From Candidatus Aenigmatarchaeota archaeon (GTDB lineage: Archaea > Aenigmatarchaeota > Aenigmatarchaeia > GW2011-AR5), in NCBI GenBank assembly GCA_018304585.1, contig JAGVVY010000030.1, positions 21,434-79,389 of the forward strand: 57,956 bases of DNA, written 5' to 3'. The notes beneath the pieces were generated by a model, which saw only the letters and a program-made list of their open reading frames with translations, searched no databases and had not been told where the DNA came from. Below, piece after piece: positions 17,901 through 25,635 of the stretch. A program made the translations under genes and the position numbers. Positions within the stretch are counted from its first letter, which is position 1. Every line of letters starts with the position of its first letter.

Positions 17901-20526
17901 GGGAAACTCCCGTATTTATCCATATAGTATCATATTTCGACATAAATTCAGGTAGGGTGAAAGGGACATCTATCTTGCAGGGCAATATGGCAGGGCAATC
18001 GAAAGATTGAGAATAAATATCAGGGTCATGGTATATGAACACATACGCTTTGACAGGACCGGCTTCTTGGCCCTGAACTTCGATAATGGCATGATATGGA
18101 GATCCCTTGAAAACTGGCGGTTTTACGGTCATTGAGGCGATGCCAAAAGCGTCGCGGATTTCTCGTTCGAGAACATTGTTCGTCTCGTCACGCTCCTCGA
18201 TTTTGTTATCTACGTCAATTTCCGCGGTGATAACGTCTCCTTGGCTGGTGCCCCTTGATAGGTCAAAACGATATACGTCTTCATATCGACTGACGGTCGC
18301 CATCTGGACATTGCCATTTACGCTGGCGGAAAGTAAGGTAGAAAAGCTGGAAAATGCTTTACTTATAATCATATCCGGCATGTCCTTTGGGTCTGCCTTG
18401 AAAGGCTCGATGGAAGTCCTAGAAACAACAAATGCGCGCCTTATGTTATCCGAGGCGAATTCGTTGCGCAGGCTTCCCTCAAACACGTATGTACCGGGAG
18501 CCAGAGAACCCGGCACAATTTCGCCGATGAGAAGAGTGCCTTCTTCCGCATTCCCGCCGTTAGAAAGGAGAATTGTTTTGATGATATTTTCGCCTGAATA
18601 AACAGAAACCGAACGATAAGCGCCCGTGTCACCGGTCGCGATTACTCTTATTTGATAGACGTTTTCGTTCTCTTTGCCAGGCCATGGTATGATTTCAATG
18701 GATTTGATTCTTGGAGGGGAATTAGCGGGATGTGCCTGTGTTTTGGGGGGTTCTGCAGGTATTATCGTTGTGGTCAATGTCTTCATGGTCGTCGTAGTCG
18801 ACAACCTGCTTACTTGTAGCGTCGGGCGGCCGGTATAGCCTAAGTCTGTGATCAGGATCCTAAGTCCCTTCCATTCGGTCGGCATATCTTTTGGTATGGT
18901 TTTACTGTCGCCGTTTATATCCACGGTATATCCCGTTGACATGATTTCAGTGATTTTTATGGACATGCCTTCAAACTCGAACAGCTGCCCGACGGATAAG
19001 GCGGTCGTCGTGCTTCCTGTCGTCGCCGCGGCAAACTTAACAGTAACGTAATCCGTATTGGAATTTCCGGCCTTGTCGGTGGCCTTTGCCAAGTATGTGG
19101 ACGTTGCGGGAGCGTCCCGCGTCACTGTCCATGAAGTCCCGCAGGAAACCGAGCCGCCGCATGAATACGATTGCCATCCCGAAGCTTTGTCAACATTGTA
19201 GAATTCTATCGTGTTGATGCCGCCAGTGTCGCTGGATACGACGGCGATACTCACACTTTCCCCGGCTTTCGGCTCTGTTGCGGAGGGCGTAATAGAAATA
19301 GTGGGCTTTGTCGTGTCCGTGGTTGGCGGCAGAGTAGTGGTCGTTGAAACGGAAGACGATATTACGTTCACAAGCATCGTCGCCGGCACGCTCTCCTTGC
19401 CTGTCCCATCCCGCGATTTCGCAATTACTGTGCACTTGCTGCCTGCAGGGCACTCCTCCCTGCTTGTGGAAAGAGCATTGCAAGCGCGCTCCTTGTTCAA
19501 TGCAGTCGTGCCCTTCGTGCTGCTCACGATCGTGTAGAAGCACTTCACGGCGTTGTAATCCTGAATGTTTAATGAGAATCCTTCTGTTTTCGTTACAGTC
19601 GGCGCGGACAGTGCGCCTTCGATCAGGGTTCTTGGTTCGCCGCCTGCGGCAATAGTTGTTGTGGTTGCCACGCCTCTGGATATAGTAGTAGTCGTCGCCG
19701 GCTTGAAGGCGCACTCGCCCTTGTCAAGGTCGCAATAACCTGAAGCGCATTGCGCATCCGCATAGCACGCGTCGCCAAGGTTTCCTTTCGGTGATGCGAT
19801 AGTTGTACTGCCGGTCACTGTCACGGTTTTTGACGCCGTCGCCATTTGCCCGATGCTGTCATAAGCATAAACGTAGTAAGTGTAAGTTCCGGGCGAAGTT
19901 TCAGTTATCGCCCATGTGTTGGAGCAGGACGTCTTTACGCCCTCGCAATTATAAGTTTTCCACGATCCTTGGTAGTAAGCTTCAATCCTGTAAACGTCCT
20001 TGTCGTCCGTTCCTATGCCGATGAGCATTATGGGGCTTCCGGTAATTGCGCTGCTCGTTGATACGATGCTTGCAGTAGGCGCCTTGTCAGCGGCCGCTAT
20101 CGTCGTTGTCGTCGTATAGACGCAGTTCCCGCCGTCCTTGTCAACGATGGCGCACTTGCCTGTGAGGCATTGCGAATCAGAAGTGCAGAAATCGCCGAAA
20201 CTGCCCTTGGGAATTGTTGTAGTCGTTGTTACGGCTGTGATCGTGATAGTCTTTGACGTAGTCGCCATTTTTCCGGCATTGTCGTAAACGTAGACGTAGT
20301 AAGTGTACGTTCCTGCGTTTGATTCGGTGATGGACCATGACGTTGAGCAGGAAGCCTGCGTTCCGTCGCAAGTGTAAGCCTTCCATGATCCCTGGTAATA
20401 AGCCTCTATTCGAAATATATCCTTGTCGTCCGTGCCAATGCCGATGAACGTGAATGGCTTGCCCGCTTCCGCAGTGGAAGGCGCGACTATCGTTGCTTTC
20501 GGTGGCTGGTCAACTGTTGATGCCAC
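14929..20526 (-). CDS. Giant multidomain surface protein: Ig-like repeats, CARDB-like domain, M64-like zinc metalloprotease, parallel beta-helix
   Basis: 1865 aa. The track start is GTG and there is no signal peptide. Three IGIGTDDKD...YYQGSW..Y.C.G repeats; ...DETNNV (CARDB-like); DIVVMSNNY...ATLHEFGHTFADLADEY (HEFGH at 16855..16869); C-terminal repeats such as NNVEVKNCKVS, NTGYGIKLYGSNNNEIDRNDFS and SNYGFWLSYT. Confidence 0.85.
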   Translation of the reverse strand: MASTVDQPPKATIVAPSTAEAGKPFTFIGIGTDDKDIFRIEAYYQGSWKAYTCDGTQASCSTSWSITESNAGTYTYYVYVYDNAGKMATTSKTITITAVTTTTTIPKGSFGDFCTSDSQCLTGKCAIVDKDGGNCVYTTTTTIAAADKAPTASIVSTSSAITGSPIMLIGIGTDDKDVYRIEAYYQGSWKTYNCEGVKTSCSNTWAITETSPGTYTYYVYAYDSIGQMATASKTVTVTGSTTIASPKGNLGDACYADAQCASGYCDLDKGECAFKPATTTTISRGVATTTTIAAGGEPRTLIEGALSAPTVTKTEGFSLNIQDYNAVKCFYTIVSSTKGTTALNKERACNALSTSREECPAGSKCTVIAKSRDGTGKESVPATMLVNVISSSVSTTTTLPPTTDTTKPTISITPSATEPKAGESVSIAVVSSDTGGINTIEFYNVDKASGWQSYSCGGSVSCGTSWTVTRDAPATSTYLAKATDKAGNSNTDYVTVKFAAATTGSTTTALSVGQLFEFEGMSIKITEIMSTGYTVDINGDSKTIPKDMPTEWKGLRILITDLGYTGRPTLQVSRLSTTTTMKTLTTTIIPAEPPKTQAHPANSPPRIKSIEIIPWPGKENENVYQIRVIATGDTGAYRSVSVYSGENIIKTILLSNGGNAEEGTLLIGEIVPGSLAPGTYVFEGSLRNEFASDNIRRAFVVSRTSIEPFKADPKDMPDMIISKAFSSFSTLLSASVNGNVQMATVSRYEDVYRFDLSRGTSQGDVITAEIDVDNKIEERDETNNVLEREIRDAFGIASMTVKPPVFKGSPYHAIIEVQGQEAGPVKAYVFIYHDPDIYSQSFDCPAILPCKIDVPFTLPEFMSKYDTIWINTGVSQPGKTARYLARHITVELPQGQNLEEVADSLGKNTFSVRNANGQYIMTIDGTDEIVPPAEGVKYGEKIIDDYGVIVINDFGFLASSPGAMYVLAFPSVPVKNTGIDLKISITPTAGPSGTQFSIVATAQPGLRTTAQIKRASLAADSETSGVITIPLYDDGSHGDRAPNDGIYGAKIDSANFAEGEYAIDLAFNDVIVADSASFAVTYTDACIPVDNRGDSDDNIDIVVMSNNYAPEETYKFVDVVLPTHINYLLSKEPYSTYRDKFNVWYAPADVRKDCDITQNGWQCLEYFKSLSAEKCPFRDVTIVLDNNGLGYAAGYSGGIKFGTQITRYSSTADTKGATLHEFGHTFADLADEYFAAPPRMSAVAAPNCDVAGCPKWCGAPAFGAGPECFKITDKSSCEDKKYSYGRDTYSCIWLPDGNGGKGACEFPYVANVNFATSCQAGTACYYGCGGYGGFRSSKTSVMGSGNIAEYNDLSKRHIVNVINCCYARPGSAYDINTCSAWNAQNNNKFLSCIINAPTHLPTQPIYEEGCQEVAGLTIIDGNVKLCDKVYRATAQSIPGIIINSDDTVLDCNGAALEGNYQGYGIRINANNVEVKNCKVSKYFIGVFAEKSSNVKITDSDISNNYRVEDHDVFLDIHKKEPWGGGIFFSDVKGGAIENSILRNQQDGISFLNVNDVRVSKNEADHNTGYGIKLYGSNNNEIDRNDFSYANRACSKDAPSDLCRAAGIDSTTYGCGCDSAAVLLVASSSNNRITSNDMSYGGDGFFLNGRRGDSKDNYVAFNDATGSPHNAFEAVFASGNKFYNNIASDSNYGFWLSYTINTEVIGNAISGNRNDGIAAERPSTMSVEKNTITNNNRNGINFWERMAERDYETSESTGNHIIDNVLEENANTDVFTEDTKDTVIQNNVIRTKRTGVNIAGKSSSIYIMENDIYCNGCMYAVSTDPASQDVLATNNWWGTTDAAKISSIINGNIPYSPASPAPMKVA
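16855..16869 (-). other. HEFGH zinc-binding motif of the giant protein
   Basis: The minus strand reads cac gag ttc ggc cac, followed by TFADLADEY as in the peptidase M64 consensus HExGH...DEY. Confidence 0.7.
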
Positions 20527-20536
20527 GGTAGTCGTG
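20438..20536. repeat. 99-bp exact repeat, copy 2 (partner 2887..2985)
   Basis: Identical 99-mer. Immediately after it this copy carries 16 extra nt (gccctcgcggtcgact, 20537..20552) relative to the paralog, then similarity resumes. Confidence 0.9.
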
Positions 20537-20884
20537 GCCCTCGCGGTCGACTATCTCGCACCTTAGGCCGGAGCCGCATTGCGCGTCTGACGTGCAGAAG
20601 CCCCCGTAACCGCTTCTTATCGTGGTTGTGGTTGTTGGTATTGTGTTGCAGTCGTTTGTTGCTGTGTTGCATCCGTAAGCGCACGTTTTCGCAAACACGG
20701 ACGATCCGTCAATCAGGCGGTAATAGCGGTCGTTGCCCGAGCAGTAGTATCCCGAAGACGTGACCATCCCTGTCGGATTGGCGAAATCCGAGATAGCGTC
20801 TTTTATACCGTCAAGAAACGATGCGGAAGAGATTGACGGGGTAATAAATAATATTAGAAGGATTATATGGGATAAAAATCGCAT
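20510..20884 (-). CDS. Signal peptide plus Cys-rich N-terminal fragment; probably the detached 5' end of 14929..20526
   Basis: MRFLSHIILLILFITPSISSASF...YYCSGNDRYYR...CAYGCNTATNDC...FCTSDAQCGSGLRCEIVDREG, then out-of-frame HDYRGINS*. The paralog reads straight through (RCEITTTVASTVDQPPKA...). Confidence 0.7.
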   Translation of the reverse strand: MRFLSHIILLILFITPSISSASFLDGIKDAISDFANPTGMVTSSGYYCSGNDRYYRLIDGSSVFAKTCAYGCNTATNDCNTIPTTTTTIRSGYGGFCTSDAQCGSGLRCEIVDREGHDYRGINS

Positions 20885-20902
20885 AATGATATTGCTTCGG
20901 AG

Positions 20903-20911
20903 TTATATATA
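20903..20911 (-). promoter_or_regulatory. TATA-like box upstream of the giant-protein gene
   Basis: The minus strand reads atatatataa about 19-28 nt upstream of the ATG at 20884, consistent with a leaderless archaeal transcript. Confidence 0.35.
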
Positions 20912-23143
20912 TCATTTCCCGTTGTCAAGCCACGCCTTCCAGCGCTGGAAAATAACGGCGCTGTCCATGCCGCCGGTCTCCTCCATCACTTCCCTGCTTA
21001 TGATGTGGAACATGGAGTTGGATTTCATCACGAACTCGGCTTCCATGGCGTCCGGCCTCCTGTTTTTCAGGGCAAAGTCCGTGAGATGTTGCAGCACGTT
21101 GCCCCTGAGCAGTATGTTCTCCCAGACAAGGTCCCATCTCCCTTTCCATTCGCGGGTACGGGAAGCGATTTCGTTCAATATGGCGCTTTCCCCAAGGACA
21201 AGCGTCTCCGTTGCCTTGAGCGTGTCGTCTTTTGCCGAGTATTCAAGAAGCTTGACGAAACCTCCTTCTTCCTGCGGATCGGCCTTCCAGTGTTTCCGGA
21301 CTTCCGTAAGTTCGGTCAGGCGGCGGAAGCTCGAGAGCCCGTCGGGAGAGCGAAGCGCATTGGCGATAAGGACGAAGTCCGTTGCCTTGAAGCTTGTCGG
21401 AGGAACACCCAAATCGTTGACTACACGGTCAAACACGCCGTAGGCGGAGTCTCCGTGGATTGTTCCGGCTACTGTGTTCGCCAAGGCGCCTATACGCATG
21501 GCTTCGTAAAGCGCTTTCGCTTCCCCGCTTCTGACTTCGCCTATGATAAGGGAGGAATCCCCAAGCCGCAACGCAGTTCTCAATCCCTCTTCGGCGGGCA
21601 TTTCAGTTTCAACTTGCGTAATAACAGAACGCGATTTCAGCCGTTCTATATTATAACCCAGTTCCCTGAGCTGCTCTATCGGCAGTTCCAAAGTATCTTC
21701 AAGCGTAATAATTCTTATTTTTGGCATTATCTGGACCATTATCGCGCCGAGGAGGCTGGTTTTTCCGGAGCCTCTCGTTCCGCCGACAAGCATGGTCCTC
21801 GCGCCGTCTACAAGGAACCATATCAGCCCGGCGGAGAATGAATCGAGCATCTTTGTGCTGATGAACAGAGGGAACGTCCACGGCTTCAGCCTGTGCCGGC
21901 GGAAGGCAAATCCCAAGCCCTCGGGCGACAGGCTCCTTGTTATGGCCGTCACCCTTGCCCGCGCCTGGGGCAGTTCTATTTCCGTGTCAAGCACGGAATT
22001 CGCCTCATCAAGCGGGCGGCCCGAGTGCAAACGGAAGCGCGTGGCCCAGGTTTCCGCGTCCTCCATGCTTGGGACCATGTTGGTTTCGCATTCGCCGTAA
22101 ATCCCGTGAACGATATAGATGGGCGAGGAGCCGATGGGCGAATTTACCGCCATGTCCTGCACGCGCTCGTCCTCAAGGAGCAATTCAAGAACGCCGAGAC
22201 CGGCAGTATAGCGCACGAGTATGTCCGCAAGCCTGTCCAAGGAGTCTTCTGCCACAGGTATCTTGTCGTTTCTTGATATATCCCTCAGAAGATCCGAGCT
22301 TATACGCTTCATGTTCTCCCTTACCGTTTCAGGTTCGGTAAGCTCAATGTCCCTCGGCTCATGCTTGCCGATGTACTGCCTCGCCTTGTCAAGAATAGTG
22401 TATTCATTTTCATCAAGCTTGAATTCAGGCGGAATGAAATGATAGAGCCTTCTTACTTTTCCGGGAATATTGTATATCTGTATATCCGTGTCGCCCAGCG
22501 AATAGCGCTCGAGCAGTTCGGCATTCGCAGGCGGCGTCGCCACGTACCGCGTATACATGAAGTTCGGCCGGATGCTCGGATGGAATATCTGCCTGTAGAG
22601 GGAGCGGTCTTTGTGCTCATGGAGGCGGTTGCGTACAAGCTGTATCATGCGGCAGCTCTCAAGCGCGGTAGTCATGGGAGTAAGCGAATTCGCGATATAA
22701 TGTTCGGCGCATTTCCTTTTCGTTTCGTCCCCGTCCTTTTCTATAGCCGTATTGGCGTGCCTTATCTCCCTTACAAGCCATTTGTAAGCCTCTATGGGGT
22801 CGTATTTTATCTGCGAGAAAACTTTGGTGAGGAAATCATAGCGCTCCTGCGATTCATGCTCGCATTCCGGCAGCACCATGTTGCGTATCGTTATTACTCT
22901 GTCGCGTATTATTTTTTCTATTGCGTTGGCGATTTCAAGAAGCATCCTGCTTTCGTTAAAGTCATATTCGTGCTCGCGCCGCTCAACGAAGACGATCCTG
23001 ACAAGCCTCTTTATCTCGAGCAGCTTGTCTATTGCTACGGACATCACGACGTCGTAGTCCTCTATGCTCGGGCCGTAGATGCTGCCCATGCAGTTTATCC
23101 TCACCCTCTGCGACTCCGGGTCGTATTCGGACTCAAAAACCAT
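20912..23143 (-). CDS. Type IV filament/secretion ATPase (FlaI/PilB/GspE-VirB11 superfamily), 743 aa with a long N-terminal extension
   Basis: Walker A GGTRGSGKTSLLGA; LEDT.EL; Asp/His-box-like LRLGDSSLIIGEVRSGEA..L.EAMR.G...TIHG. Confidence 0.9.
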   Translation of the reverse strand: MVFESEYDPESQRVRINCMGSIYGPSIEDYDVVMSVAIDKLLEIKRLVRIVFVERREHEYDFNESRMLLEIANAIEKIIRDRVITIRNMVLPECEHESQERYDFLTKVFSQIKYDPIEAYKWLVREIRHANTAIEKDGDETKRKCAEHYIANSLTPMTTALESCRMIQLVRNRLHEHKDRSLYRQIFHPSIRPNFMYTRYVATPPANAELLERYSLGDTDIQIYNIPGKVRRLYHFIPPEFKLDENEYTILDKARQYIGKHEPRDIELTEPETVRENMKRISSDLLRDISRNDKIPVAEDSLDRLADILVRYTAGLGVLELLLEDERVQDMAVNSPIGSSPIYIVHGIYGECETNMVPSMEDAETWATRFRLHSGRPLDEANSVLDTEIELPQARARVTAITRSLSPEGLGFAFRRHRLKPWTFPLFISTKMLDSFSAGLIWFLVDGARTMLVGGTRGSGKTSLLGAIMVQIMPKIRIITLEDTLELPIEQLRELGYNIERLKSRSVITQVETEMPAEEGLRTALRLGDSSLIIGEVRSGEAKALYEAMRIGALANTVAGTIHGDSAYGVFDRVVNDLGVPPTSFKATDFVLIANALRSPDGLSSFRRLTELTEVRKHWKADPQEEGGFVKLLEYSAKDDTLKATETLVLGESAILNEIASRTREWKGRWDLVWENILLRGNVLQHLTDFALKNRRPDAMEAEFVMKSNSMFHIISREVMEETGGMDSAVIFQRWKAWLDNGK

Positions 23144-23227
23144 TGGCTCCCTCGATGTTCCCTATGTCGTCGGAATTTTATAAACGGAATCGGATAGCTT
23201 AATAAGGAATCGCGGATAGTTATTGAT

Positions 23228-23587
23228 GTGCAGGACGACAAAACCAGCATGATTCTACAGGAGCTTGTCAGAAGGACGAATGACAGTATAAGGCGTTTGC
23301 ATGAGCTTGAGGGCAGGATGGAGAATGTCCAGGAAAGAAGTTCTGCGCTTGAAAGCACAAGCATATCCAAACTCAAGTCGCTCAACGACAAGATCGCGGA
23401 GATGGAGAGCCGTATAAAGGACATGGATGCGAATCTCGCCCGGCTTGACAGCGCCATGGAAAAAATAAGCAAGCAGATGAGCAAGATGGCGAGGCAGAGC
23501 GACGTCAAGGAGCTGGAAAGGATGTTTGAGCTTCTCAGCCCCCTTCGGGCGGAACGCGGATTCCGCCAGGAGCGTGCGGCGCCGTAG
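23228..23587 (+). CDS. Coiled-coil protein
   Basis: Heptad-rich sequence ...LHELEGRMENVQERSSALESTSISKLKSLNDKIAEMESRIKDMDANLARLDSAMEKISKQMSKM. GTG at 23228, first ATG at 23249. Divergent from the ATPase. Confidence 0.5.
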   Translation: MQDDKTSMILQELVRRTNDSIRRLHELEGRMENVQERSSALESTSISKLKSLNDKIAEMESRIKDMDANLARLDSAMEKISKQMSKMARQSDVKELERMFELLSPLRAERGFRQERAAP

Positions 23588-23618
23588 CGATATCCTACAC
23601 ACACCATAGCTTTAAATT

Positions 23619-23639
23619 TATGTATTACTGTAATACATA
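23619..23639. promoter_or_regulatory. Perfect 21-bp palindrome (10-bp arms) between a TATA-like box and the vapB start; candidate operator
   Basis: tatgtattac-t-gtaatacata, preceded by tttaaattt and followed by the ATG at 23641. Confidence 0.5.
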
Positions 23640-23640
23640 T

Positions 23641-23880
23641 ATGGCAATGAAAACGTTGCGCAACGTGAAAGAATCCACGTGGAAGGATCTGAAAGCGCTT
23701 GCGGACAGGAACCGCGTGCCTATTGGCATACTGCTTGATGTGATGGTAAAGGATTATTCCGAATCGCCATCCCTTTTCTGGGGCAAAGTGCTCAGGCATG
23801 AAAAGATACTCAGTGACGACGATGCAGAATCCATTAAAAACGCCGTGTCGGAAATGAGAAAAGAGAAAGGATTCAGATGA
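23641..23880 (+). CDS. vapB: VapB-like antitoxin
   Basis: Small protein MAMKTLRNVKESTWKDLKALADRNRVPIGILLDVMVKDY. ATGA stop/start overlap with the PIN gene. Confidence 0.6.
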   Translation: MAMKTLRNVKESTWKDLKALADRNRVPIGILLDVMVKDYSESPSLFWGKVLRHEKILSDDDAESIKNAVSEMRKEKGFR

Positions 23881-24272
23881 TCCTTGCCGTAGATACATCG
23901 GTGCTCATAGACGTGGAGAACCGGAAAGAAAGCGTCATCGCGGCCCTTTCAAAGCTCAGTGCGGAGAACCCGCTTCCGGCAAAGATAACTTTCATTACAT
24001 ATTTTGAATTCCTTCACGGCCTTGCAGAGAGGCATCCGGCAAAAAAGGAAAAGGCTATGGCTTTTATGGAAATGTTCGACATGATGCAGCCCACGAAAAA
24101 AACGGCAGAAATTCTGTCGCATCTTAGAAGAAAATACGAGAGAAAGGGGCAGTCCCTGCCTCTGGCAGATCTCATGATAGCATCGCAGTGCATTGAGAAC
24201 AACTGCCTGCTCGTCACTGCGGATCGCGGGTTTGAGAGGCTGGAAGAGCTGAGTAAAGTTGTTATAAAATGA
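23877..24272 (+). CDS. vapC: PIN-domain ribonuclease toxin VapC
   Basis: MILAVDTSVLIDV (Asp1), ...E....., ADLMIASQCIENNCLLVTADRGF (conserved D). Confidence 0.85.
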   Translation: MILAVDTSVLIDVENRKESVIAALSKLSAENPLPAKITFITYFEFLHGLAERHPAKKEKAMAFMEMFDMMQPTKKTAEILSHLRRKYERKGQSLPLADLMIASQCIENNCLLVTADRGFERLEELSKVVIK

Positions 24273-24381
24273 AGTCTCCTGCATCCTTATTCATGTGCAT
24301 GTTTGCAGAGGCGCATAATCAGAGAAGATATTTATATGGACGGAACCTATATTGGTATAATTAATATGCCTTGGTGATAAA

Positions 24382-25020
24382 ATGTTTTTCAGGAAAAAAA
24401 AGGAAATGAACAAGCCTGTTCCCTCCGAAGAGATAGAAAGCCTGATTTCTCAGGGCATGAGCGACAAGGATATCATAAAGAAGCTCAAGTCCGAGGGTTA
24501 TTCCTATGAAAACATAGAGAACGCCATGCTCAAGGCGGTGAAGGTTGGCGTGGACGACTCGGGCATCGGGCAGGATTCGTTTGACCCCGGCATGCCGGGG
24601 CCTGCGCAGCAGCCGCAGGAGCAGCCGATTATGGACGAATTCTCCGACATAGACGTAAAAAACGCGGAAGAGCTTTCGCCTGAGCAGATAGTCGAGGAGC
24701 TCATAGAAGGCGTTGTCGAGAGCAAATGGAAGCGCTTTGACGAGGAGATAGAGAGGGTCAACATGGAGATAAATTTCATCAAGGAATCGGCCAAGAGCGC
24801 AAAGCCTTCCGAAAGCCCGGACAGCTCCCAGTACGAGGAGAGGATGAATGCCCTTTCCGCGCAGGTCGAGGACATTTCAACGCGCGTCGGAGGGCTGGAA
24901 AAGGCCTTCAAGCAGTTCCTTCCGTCGCTGACAAGAAACATAGAGAGCCTTTCCGCCATAATCCATGAGATGAAGGCGAAGCAGCGCCCTGCGGACGAGC
25001 CGAAGCCGTATTATCAGTGA
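24382..25020 (+). CDS. Acidic coiled-coil protein, unknown function
   Basis: 212 aa. N-terminal helical bundle (SEEIESLISQGMSDKDIIKKLKSEGYSYENIENAM), Pro/Gln linker, acidic coiled coil. Confidence 0.6.
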   Translation: MFFRKKKEMNKPVPSEEIESLISQGMSDKDIIKKLKSEGYSYENIENAMLKAVKVGVDDSGIGQDSFDPGMPGPAQQPQEQPIMDEFSDIDVKNAEELSPEQIVEELIEGVVESKWKRFDEEIERVNMEINFIKESAKSAKPSESPDSSQYEERMNALSAQVEDISTRVGGLEKAFKQFLPSLTRNIESLSAIIHEMKAKQRPADEPKPYYQ

Positions 25021-25145
25021 CAAGCCGTATTTTATGGCATGTTCGTGTAAAATACCGGAACTTTCAACCCAATCGTCCCATGATTTCTACGATATGGCAT
25101 ATTCTTTGGTATGTCCTGCAGAAAACGTTGCCAATAGCGGGGGCC

Positions 25146-25631
25146 TTAATGCCCAGCTGCGGCTTTCGCGCCGCCGGCTATGAACATGACAGCAACTATC
25201 ATTACCACTACTATGAATATTATGGACATCACGTCCTTCGTGACCAGCTCAAGGCCGCCGAACACCGAGAAGAAAACTATTGCGCCTATGCCAAGTCCCG
25301 CCGTCAGCAGGAGCTTGCTGTCCGCAAGCTTGCTTATGTCGTATCCGGACATGCCCACGAACATCATGGTTATCAGTATGCCTGCAAGCACCATCACCAT
25401 CGTGCCGAACAGGGATTTGAAGAACATGCCAAGGGCCACTCCGCCGAATCCTATGACAAAGAACGCGGCAACCATTGATACAACGCCTATGATCTTCTGG
25501 TCATCGCCGAGGGCCTTGGTTTTGAGCAATAAAGCGTAAAGCACTGCGAACGTCAATATCCAGGGCAACAGGAAACCGAAGAAACCAAGTTGGTCGAGGT
25601 TCCTCACGAAAAGCTCAAAAGGCGATGCCAT
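25146..25631 (-). CDS. 4-TM membrane protein, paralog A
   Basis: FFGFLLPWILTFAVLYALLLKTKALG plus three further TM segments. Family shared with 25636.., 26141.., 27675.. and 28129... Confidence 0.75.
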   Translation of the reverse strand: MASPFELFVRNLDQLGFFGFLLPWILTFAVLYALLLKTKALGDDQKIIGVVSMVAAFFVIGFGGVALGMFFKSLFGTMVMVLAGILITMMFVGMSGYDISKLADSKLLLTAGLGIGAIVFFSVFGGLELVTKDVMSIIFIVVVMIVAVMFIAGGAKAAAGH

Positions 25632-25635
25632 TGGC

